Source of the DNA: Candidatus Hermodarchaeota archaeon
Lineage (GTDB): Archaea; Asgardarchaeota; Hermodarchaeia; Hermodarchaeales; Hermodarchaeaceae
Direction of reading: 5' to 3'
Length of the DNA: 8,385 bases
Assembly: GCA_965372125.1 (NCBI GenBank)
Contig: CBDVBC010000045.1
Location: 1-8,385 of the forward strand
Part shown: piece by piece, positions 1-4,760 of the stretch
How the letters are laid out: each line of letters begins with the position of its first letter
How positions within the stretch are numbered: the first letter of the stretch is position 1
Made by a program: the position numbers and the translations under genes
The notes under the pieces: model-generated
Databases searched by the model: none
Told to the model about the DNA's origin: nothing
Seen by the model: only the letters and a program-made list of their open reading frames with translations

Positions 1-781
1 GAAAACTTGGAATCATCTCCTTTTGTATCGCCGAGTCATCACTAACTGCACCAACTATCTCCCGGTCCTTAACTAGACCAAGTGCACGCATCAAAACAAC
101 AAGAGGAATCTTGCCTGGCACTGAAGGAAACGAAATACGGAAAGTGTGATCTGCACGACGCTCCATCGTAACAGGCGCTCGGAATCCCCTAGCAGTGGAA
201 AAGACTTTCGTCATATGCGTACACGAGCTGCTGCGTGAAGCTTCCTCGATCAGGATTCGATTTGGCGCCAAGTCTTCTTGAGTGACCAACACACGCTCAG
301 AGCCGTTAATCACAAAGTAGCCGCCCGGATCGTTAGGATCCTCACCAGCTTTAATCAGTTCCTCCGGAGACATATGAGAAAGTGAACAAAAAGCAGACTT
401 GAGCATAATCGGGAGTCGCCCAATATACACCTTGCTTGTATCCTTCGGATATTCCATCCCGGTTTTCTCATCTTTATCAATCGGGGTCATTTCAAGGTAA
501 ATCGGGGCTGAATAAGTCAGGTTTCGAATCCGCGCCTCCGCTGGTGTAATCTGGCGAATTGAGCCATCAGCCTCCCTAACTGAAGGGTCTTGAAGCTCGA
601 GCTTTCCTATTTTAACATAAAAATTCGGGATATCCGGTTCAATTTTCCCGACGTCGCTAACGATTTGTCGAATCCGCCGCTCTAAAAGATCGTTAAATGA
701 ATCGAGGTGCTGCCGGACCAAACCCTTCGAAGCAAAGAAGCCCTTCATTACTACCCAACGATCGTCTGAAGTGAGCGACAT
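1..781 (-). CDS. rpoB: DNA-directed RNA polymerase subunit B, N-terminal part (gene continues past the left edge)
   Basis: Absent from the ORF track because it is open at the window edge. Reverse complement from the ATG at 781-779 reads MSLTSDDRWVVMKGFFASKGLVRQHLDSFNDLLERRIRQIV...YIGRLPIMLKS...GEDPNDPGGYFVINGSERVLVTQEDLAPNRI, the conserved N-terminal region of archaeal RpoB / eukaryotic Rpb2. GGAGG (complement of 788-792) lies 6 nt upstream of the ATG. Confidence 0.9.
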   Translation of the reverse strand, partial: MSLTSDDRWVVMKGFFASKGLVRQHLDSFNDLLERRIRQIVSDVGKIEPDIPNFYVKIGKLELQDPSVREADGSIRQITPAEARIRNLTYSAPIYLEMTPIDKDEKTGMEYPKDTSKVYIGRLPIMLKSAFCSLSHMSPEELIKAGEDPNDPGGYFVINGSERVLVTQEDLAPNRILIEEASRSSSCTHMTKVFSTARGFRAPVTMERRADHTFRISFPSVPGKIPLVVLMRALGLVKDREIVGAVSDDSAIQKEMIPSF

Positions 782-1089
782 AACATTCCTCCAATGACGG
801 TAACATAATCCAATTGGACCAATACTCAGCGAGACAGTGTTAAGTGCCCCTTGAACAAGGCAGCGACAGCCCGCACGAGATGAAATGTCCTGACGATATC
901 GAATCGATGGAACGGTGTCTCACAAACATCTCCAGATTAGAAACATGCGGCGCCAACCAGCCGACGCTCAAGCGAACCCAAGCCAACCGTCTGCGGAGTT
1001 ACTCTGCCAATGTACAAAGCCCTTTTAAAGATTTTGAATCCTCGCGCGCAATATTCACACAAATGCGTCATCTGCAGAAGAAAAGAGAG

Positions 1090-1167
1090 TGGCGCCCGCG
1101 CCGGGATTCGAACCCGGGTCCTAGGAGTGACAGTCCCAGATGATAGACCTGGCTACACTACACGGGC
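1090..1167 (-). tRNA. tRNA-Asp (anticodon GTC), uninterrupted, CCA encoded
   Basis: Reverse complement is GCCCGTG TA GTGTAGCCAGGTCTATCAT C TGGGA CTGTCAC TCCTA GGAC CCGGG TTCGAAT CCCGG CGCGGGC G CCA. Acceptor stem is 7 bp with one G-U. Anticodon loop is CT-GTC-AC, the variable loop is 4 nt, and the T-loop is canonical. Confidence 0.93.
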
Positions 1168-1185
1168 TTGCATTGGGCTTGCATT
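1164..1185. repeat. Perfect tandem duplication of an 11-mer (GGGCTTGCATT x2) straddling the 5' end of tRNA-Asp
   Basis: 1164-1174 and 1175-1185 are identical. On the tRNA strand this reads AATGCAAGCCC AATGCAAGCCC-GTG..., so the first 4 nt of the tRNA plus 7 nt of leader are duplicated. Confidence 0.9.
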
Positions 1186-1195
1186 AGGTGTTTGG

Positions 1196-1203
1196 ATAAA
1201 AAG
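1196..1203 (-). promoter_or_regulatory. Putative TATA box for tRNA-Asp
   Basis: Minus-strand CTTTTTAT lies about 29-36 nt upstream of the tRNA 5' end (1167). The spacing is typical for an archaeal TATA box. Confidence 0.4.
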
Positions 1204-1265
1204 TTTTCTCTGTGATTGTCCACGAGCAACCCACTGACCACCCTTAACTTGTTAGAGAAAATTAG

Positions 1266-1421
1266 TGGTCCCGGCGCCCGGATTTGAACCAGGTTCTGGG
1301 TCCTTGGGCATTCCAAGGGCTAACCATCTGGTTTCTGACTGACACCTCGTCACTGCCCAGAGGGCTCGGGGTGCGGAGATAGCCTACAGCCAGACGCTCA
1401 ACCGGACTAAGCTACGCCGGG
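1266..1421 (-). tRNA. tRNA-Tyr (anticodon GTA), 156 nt gene with about 79 nt of intervening sequence (two insertions), CCA encoded
   Basis: Reverse complement is CCCGGCG TA GCTT AGTCCGGTT GAGC G TCTGG CTGTAG [51 nt, 1383-1333] A CCAGA [33 nt, 1326-1294, where only 5 are needed] CCTGG TTCAAAT CCGGG CGCCGGG A CCA. The acceptor stem is a perfect 7 bp. Removing 51 + 28 nt leaves a standard 77-nt tRNA including CCA. Confidence 0.85.
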
Positions 1422-1445
1422 TGTGTAGTTTTCGTTGGTGCATTC

Positions 1446-1453
1446 CTTATAAG
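1446..1453 (-). promoter_or_regulatory. Putative TATA box for tRNA-Tyr
   Basis: Minus-strand TCTTATAAGG has its TTATAA core at 1447-1452, 26-31 nt upstream of the tRNA 5' end (1421). It sits between the hycI stop codon and the tRNA. Confidence 0.45.
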
Positions 1454-1480
1454 ATTTTTCGAAGAGTTCGATGTTGGTTA

Positions 1481-1957
1481 CTAATCCAACATTGTGATTG
1501 CCGTAATGATTTGTTCGGCGGCATCACGCACAGGAGGTGAGATGGGTTTCGTGAATTCAACGGTGAGTGGTTGTATTCCAAGGACGAGAACGGCTGTTTC
1601 GATTTGGTTGGTGAGGTATTCGATGAAAAAGGTGAGAGGGAGTTGATGGGTGGAAAAGGCGACGCCTCCAATATTGTCCTTATCTATTAGGCGGATGGTG
1701 CCAGGGGGTTCGTTCATCAGAGCAGCGTCAACAATTAGAGTGAGAGAGGGTTTCGTGTCGCAGAGATGACTGATGAAGTTTTCAGGTACGGTGCTAGCGT
1801 TAACGAGTTCTACATTGTCAGGAACTCGGTTTTGGAGCTGCTTTACGATGTAGGGACCAACCCCGTCATCGGCCTTTAGATCGTTGCCGACGCCTAGAAT
1901 GGTGGTTCGTGATGAATTTCTGAGCGCTGCCGTTAAGTGTTGTCGCCAAGACTCCAT
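1481..1957 (-). CDS. hycI: Hydrogenase maturation endopeptidase, HycI/HybD family
   Basis: 158 aa. Motifs are ILGVGNDLKADDGVG, LIVDAA, PGTIRLID, STHQLPL and VLGIQP. These are colinear with E. coli HycI (CVGNSMMGDDGAG / LLIVDA / PGEIRIID / TTHNMPL / FLGIQP, from memory), and the Asp/Asp/His metal ligand positions are present. ATG start. Confidence 0.88.
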   Translation of the reverse strand: MESWRQHLTAALRNSSRTTILGVGNDLKADDGVGPYIVKQLQNRVPDNVELVNASTVPENFISHLCDTKPSLTLIVDAALMNEPPGTIRLIDKDNIGGVAFSTHQLPLTFFIEYLTNQIETAVLVLGIQPLTVEFTKPISPPVRDAAEQIITAITMLD

Positions 1958-1970
1958 TTAGTGAGAAGAA

Positions 1971-1990
1971 TTTATAATAGAGTGATAAAG
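1971..1990. promoter_or_regulatory. Putative divergent promoter region between hycI and endA
   Basis: The 71-bp intergenic spacer contains TTTATAAT (1971-1978), about 50 nt upstream of the endA GTG. It also contains minus-strand CTTTATCAC (1982-1990), about 27 nt upstream of the hycI ATG, which is compatible with a leaderless hycI mRNA. Confidence 0.35.
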
Positions 1991-2028
1991 GTTGCTATCA
2001 CTGGTAGCATAAACTCTTCGTTGAAGGG

Positions 2029-2646
2029 GTGAACCGATTGGCAGATGAGCAGCCGCCAGAAGAAGTTTCTCAAGATGAAATTCAGGAAGGGACGCGCCCT
2101 CAGCTCCCGGAGGAACCTATACCCGCAAAGCTCTCCAGAGGACGCGTTGTTGTGAAGGGGGAGAAGGCGCGTGTTCTATACGAAGCTGGACACTTTGGTA
2201 CCTTGAGAAGTGAGGTGGAACTCGCCTTGGAGCCTGAGGAAGCCCTCCTACTTATTCGACGAAAGCGAATCCAGGTTCACGACCGGAAAGGAGCAGAACT
2301 AGATTTTTCGGCCTTGCTTCAGATATTCTCCAAACGTCATCCTAGATTATGGACACAATATCTGGTTTACAGTGACCTTAGGAGCAGAGGTTATGTTGTT
2401 CGAACAGGCTATGGGAAAGGACTCTGGTTTCGTGTTTATCCCCGTGGAGCCAGACTAAATGAGGTTACAGCGAAGTACTTTGTTTGTGCCATATCGGAGG
2501 GTTCGCCACTGAAAGTAGCAGAACTAGATAAGCTTAGTCGACTAGCACTAAGGAACCGGAAGAAGCTAATGTTGGCTGTGTTGGATCGACAAGGCGAGAC
2601 AACATATTATTTAGTTTCACCCGCTGACATTACAGCGGATAAGTGA
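2029..2646 (+). CDS. endA: tRNA-splicing endonuclease family protein lacking the catalytic His, probably the structural (beta-type) subunit of a heteromeric enzyme
   Basis: 205 aa. The C-terminal half, YLVYSDLRSRGYVVRTGYGKGLWFRVYPRGARLNEVTAKYFV...LALRNRKKLMLAVLD..G...YY, aligns with M. jannaschii EndA ([42 protein letters not shown]...AHSVRKKLLIAIVD, from memory). Tyr (Y137) and Lys (K178/179) are kept, but the His position is Thr147 (codon 2467-2469). GTG start. The first 35 aa or so form an acidic, Pro-rich extension. Confidence 0.85.
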   Translation: MNRLADEQPPEEVSQDEIQEGTRPQLPEEPIPAKLSRGRVVVKGEKARVLYEAGHFGTLRSEVELALEPEEALLLIRRKRIQVHDRKGAELDFSALLQIFSKRHPRLWTQYLVYSDLRSRGYVVRTGYGKGLWFRVYPRGARLNEVTAKYFVCAISEGSPLKVAELDKLSRLALRNRKKLMLAVLDRQGETTYYLVSPADITADK

Positions 2647-2657
2647 AGAAAGAGGTG

Positions 2658-2784
2658 TGGCGGGCCCGCCGGGAAATCCGGTGCACACGATTTGTGTGGC
2701 ACGTTCGAACCCGGGATTACTGGCTTAGGAGGCCAGCGCCTTCTTCGGGATATCAGTGAACCAATCCGACTTGGCCACGGGCCC
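2658..2784 (-). tRNA. tRNA-Arg (anticodon CCT), 127 nt gene with insertions in the D-loop (about 21 nt) and T-loop (about 29 nt), CCA encoded
   Basis: Reverse complement is GGGCCCG TG GCCAAGTCGGA[TTGGTTCACTGATATCCCGAA]GAAGGC G CTGGC CTCCTAA GCCAG TAATC CCGGG TTCGAA[CGTGCCACACAAATCGTGTGCACCGGATT]T CCCGG CGGGCCC G CCA. The acceptor, anticodon and T stems are all perfect. The D region is 38 nt and the T-loop region 36 nt, against the normal 17 and 7. Confidence 0.8.
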
Positions 2785-2833
2785 TGAAGATGATTGTCTT
2801 TGGCTAGAGGAAATAACTATTTCCGTATTTCGC

Positions 2834-3523
2834 TTACCTTGTCAGGCGTTTGATATCTGAGTCTCTGCCAACGTATACAAAGTCCGCTTGGGAGGGGAAC
2901 AGACCTGTTTCAAGGACGCCGGGAATTGATATCAGGTGTCTATCCAATTGTGTAATGTTAGTAATTTCAGAGAATGCGACATCCAAGATGAAGTTGCCAT
3001 TATCGGTGATTACAGGCCCGGCTTTGCGTTGTCCCTGCCGAACTTTGGGTGTTCCTCCAAGTTGTTGAATCCGCTTCAAGGCGAGTGACAGAGCAGGTGG
3101 TATTACCTCAACTGGTACTGGCATTTTAACGCCTAACTTCGACACGAGTTTTCTTTGATCTACAATTATGACGAGTTCCTGAGCAGCTTCAGCAAGAATT
3201 TTTTCTCGCAAGAGAGCAGCGCCTCCCCCCTTGATTAAAGCGAGAGTATGATCCACTTCATCTGCCCCATCAATAGCTAGCGGGAGTGTTGAAATACTCG
3301 TGAGACATTCCACGCTGAAGCCTGCAGCCCGAAGACGATGACCAGTTGCAAATGAACTTGGAACTGTAGTGACCGACATTTTCTCAGCAGCCACTTTCTC
3401 CGTAAGCAGGTCAATGAAGATATCCACCGTTGAACCCGTACCAACACCAAGCATCATACCATCAGTAATATGAGCTAATGCCGCTTCAGCGGCCCTTCGC
3501 TTCTGATCCTTCGCAGTCAACAA
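2834..3523 (-). CDS. rpiA: Ribose-5-phosphate isomerase A
   Basis: 229 aa with the RpiA signatures KRRAAEAALAHITDGMMLGVGTGSTV, DGADEVD and IKGGGAALLREKI. The TTG start (3523-3521) is forced, because the first in-frame ATG would remove the conserved N-terminal segment. GGTGA lies about 10 nt upstream. Confidence 0.92.
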   Translation of the reverse strand: MLTAKDQKRRAAEAALAHITDGMMLGVGTGSTVDIFIDLLTEKVAAEKMSVTTVPSSFATGHRLRAAGFSVECLTSISTLPLAIDGADEVDHTLALIKGGGAALLREKILAEAAQELVIIVDQRKLVSKLGVKMPVPVEVIPPALSLALKRIQQLGGTPKVRQGQRKAGPVITDNGNFILDVAFSEITNITQLDRHLISIPGVLETGLFPSQADFVYVGRDSDIKRLTR

Positions 3524-3593
3524 AGTTCACCCTCACCCTTTCAAGTCTCCTAGATACTTAATATTACTTGCCGAGGAATCAGAAATGTAAAAA

Positions 3594-3670
3594 TGGAGCC
3601 TCGGGCGGGATTTGAACCCGCGACCCTCGCCTTACCAAGGCGATGCGCTACCGAGCTATGCCACCGAGGC
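3594..3670 (-). tRNA. tRNA-Thr (anticodon GGT), uninterrupted, CCA encoded
   Basis: Reverse complement is GCCTCGG TG GCATAGCTCGGTAGCGC A TCGCC TTGGTAA GGCGA GGGTC GCGGG TTCAAAT CCCGC CCGAGGC T CCA (77 nt). Confidence 0.93.
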
Positions 3671-3686
3671 TTTTACATTGAGGAGG

Positions 3687-3833
3687 TGCCGAGGGCGGGC
3701 TTTTCGCGGAACATTACTGTTCAGTTTCGAACCCGCGATCTCCAGATGGCTCCGGCGCCAGGTTCAAATAATATCTGACCCTGGGGCAACGCCCTATGAG
3801 TCTGGCGCTCGAACCAGGCTAAGCTACCTCGGC
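3687..3833 (-). tRNA. tRNA with CAT anticodon (elongator Met or Ile2), 147 nt gene with a canonical 37/38 intron (47 nt) and a T-loop insertion (about 25 nt), no encoded CCA
   Basis: Reverse complement is GCCGAGG TA GCTTAGCCTGGTTCGAGC G CCAGA CTCATA[47 nt, 3794-3748]A TCTGG AGATC GCGGG TTCGAA[ACTGAACAGTAATGTTCCGCGAAAA]G CCCGC CCTCGGC A, followed by CCT. A G1:C72 pair and a non-GGG/CCC anticodon stem argue against an initiator. Only 16 nt separate it from tRNA-Thr(GGT), so the two are probably co-transcribed. Confidence 0.8.
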
Positions 3834-3854
3834 GTTCCATAATCTTGGTTCGTT

Positions 3855-3864
3855 CCTTTTAATT
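3855..3864 (-). promoter_or_regulatory. Putative TATA box for the tRNA-CAT / tRNA-Thr(GGT) pair
   Basis: Minus-strand AATTAAAAGG lies 24-31 nt upstream of the tRNA 5' end at 3833. Confidence 0.4.
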
Positions 3865-3983
3865 CTTATTCTCAGGTCTACCCGTCACTTTCGATGCTCG
3901 AAGCAGTTTTAAGTAGCGACAGGAGTTTGGCTCTTTAACCAATGCGGGGGCCCTCCAAGGGTCAGCGACCGCAAGACAAGGCG

Positions 3984-4082
3984 GCGGGGGTTTCTAAGAC
4001 CTCAAAGCCAAGCCTGGTCAAAGGCGCAGGACTTAAGATCCTGTCTCGTAGGAGTTCCCGGGTTCGAAGCCCGGCCCCCGCA
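3984..4082 (+). tRNA. tRNA-Leu (anticodon TAA), class II, with a 14-nt insertion after position 9, no encoded CCA
   Basis: GCGGGGG TT [TCTAAGACCTCAAA] GCC AAGCCTGGTCAAA GGC G CAGGA CTTAAGA TCCTG TCTCGTAGGAGTTC CCGGG TTCGAAG CCCGG CCCCCGC A, followed by CCT. This gives 85 nt after removing the insertion. A second copy of the 5' acceptor strand GCGGGGG lies 40 nt upstream (3944-3950), so the true 5' end is ambiguous. Confidence 0.8.
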
Positions 4083-4158
4083 CCTTTCTTAACTTTTAGA
4101 GAATCAGCATTCTAGTTGCATAGATTTAGAGATGAGTGTATTCGATTAGAAGGGGATG

Positions 4159-4264
4159 TGGAGCCTCGGGCGGGGATTGAACCCGCGACCAGCAGCTTAC
4201 AAGGCTCAACGAAACCGGTTCAGTTTCCGGAAACTCTGTCACTCTACCACTGAGCTACCGAGGC
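4159..4264 (-). tRNA. tRNA-Thr (anticodon TGT), 31-nt insertion inside the 5' strand of the anticodon stem, CCA encoded
   Basis: Reverse complement is GCCTCGG TA GCTC AGTGGTA GAGT G ACAG[AGTTTCCGGAAACTGAACCGGTTTCGTTGAG, 4235-4205]C CTTGTAA GCTGC TGGTC GCGGG TTCAATC CCCGC CCGAGGC T CCA. The acceptor stem is identical to tRNA-Thr(GGT). The splice position is ambiguous between 28/29 and 30/31 because of an AG repeat. Confidence 0.82.
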
Positions 4265-4376
4265 ACACTCACAGCTGAGGTAATACTCCTTTTTGACTTT
4301 TATGGCGGTTGTAGGAGCGCTGCACTTGACGGGCAACATTTTTCAATACCTCAGTAATTCATTCTTAGTATTCCTT

Positions 4377-4481
4377 GGGCTGGTGGTCTAGATTCTCAGA
4401 AGGATAACCTTCTGGCTGGATTGGTATGATACGTGGTTTGGGTCCATGTGACCCCGGGTTCAAATCCCGGCCGGCCCACCA
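4377..4481 (+). tRNA. tRNA-Pro (anticodon TGG), 28-nt insertion in the D-loop, CCA encoded
   Basis: GGGCTGG TG GTCTAG[ATTCTCAGAAGGATAACCTTCTGGCTGG, 4392-4419]ATTGGTATGAT A CGTGG TTTGGGT CCATG TGACC CCGGG TTCAAAT CCCGG CCGGCCC A CCA. The insertion contains a perfect 7-bp hairpin, CAGAAGG-ATAA-CCTTCTG. Confidence 0.82.
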
Positions 4482-4529
4482 ACTTTTTCCTTATTCCTCT
4501 TGATTCGGATATGCTGAATTACGAAACCG

Positions 4530-4537
4530 TTATATAT
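4530..4537 (+). promoter_or_regulatory. TATA box for the 5S rRNA gene
   Basis: TTATATAT is centred about 25 nt upstream of the first base of 5S helix I (about 4558). Confidence 0.55.
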
Positions 4538-4557
4538 CCAGGGTTGTTGATGTTGGT

Positions 4558-4677
4558 CGGACGCGGTCATAGGAACTGGGTCACACCCGGTCCCATCAGA
4601 CCCCGGAAGTTAAGCCGGTTTCGTCTGTCCGAGTACTGATGTCCGAGAGGCTTCGGAAAAGGGCCGAGCTGCGTCCA
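4558..4677 (+). rRNA. rrf: 5S ribosomal RNA, not linked to 16S/23S in this window
   Basis: The terminal helix pairs GGACGCGG with CTGCGTCC. The internal sequence ACACCCGGTCCCATCAGACCCCGGAAGTTAAGCC ... GAGTACTG matches the universal 5S loop C / helix III and loop E regions. Length is about 120 nt and the ends are uncertain by 2 nt either way. Confidence 0.9.
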
Positions 4678-4706
4678 TTTCTTATGCCTTTTTGAAAAGG
4701 TTTTTA
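4678..4706 (+). terminator. Oligo-T tracts downstream of 5S rRNA (archaeal-type terminator)
   Basis: There are three T runs, at 4678-4680, 4689-4693 (TTTTT) and 4701-4705 (TTTTT), directly after the 5S 3' end. Confidence 0.4.
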
Positions 4707-4760
4707 TTCGTTGTTGAAACCGTTCGGGCAATAGATGCAGCTATCTGGAGAACTAAACAA

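Noticed and set aside
937-1071. 44-aa minus-strand ORF (MTHLCEYCARGFKIFKRALYIGRV...) upstream of rpoB, considered as a possible rpoH or zinc-ribbon protein
   Set aside because: It has no RpoH motifs, only one CxxC pair and no SD sequence. It is too short and featureless to support.
844-1237. Tracked ORFs 844-1143 (+) and 1010-1237 (+)
   Set aside because: Both run antisense straight through tRNA-Asp. They translate to low-complexity Arg/Ser/Pro-rich sequence and have no recognisable motifs or upstream signals.
1447-1671. Tracked ORF 1447-1671 (-)
   Set aside because: It is an alternative frame inside and overlapping the well-supported hycI gene. It is Ser/Pro-rich with no motifs.
2850-3068. 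Tracked ORF 2850-3068 (+)
   Set aside because: It is antisense within rpiA, whose identity is secure.
3593-3842. Tracked ORFs 3593-3778 (+) and 3612-3842 (+)
   Set aside because: They are antisense translations of the tRNA-Thr(GGT) and tRNA-CAT genes.
4433-4639. Tracked ORF 4433-4639 (+)
   Set aside because: It spans the 3' half of tRNA-Pro, the spacer and most of the 5S rRNA, so it is an artefact of structured-RNA sequence.
4692-4760. TTG at 4692 as the start of the DUF1512-like gene
   Set aside because: It would overlap the oligo-T terminator of 5S rRNA and add 23 residues ahead of the N-terminal TM helix. The ATG at 4761 has a GGAG 10 nt upstream.
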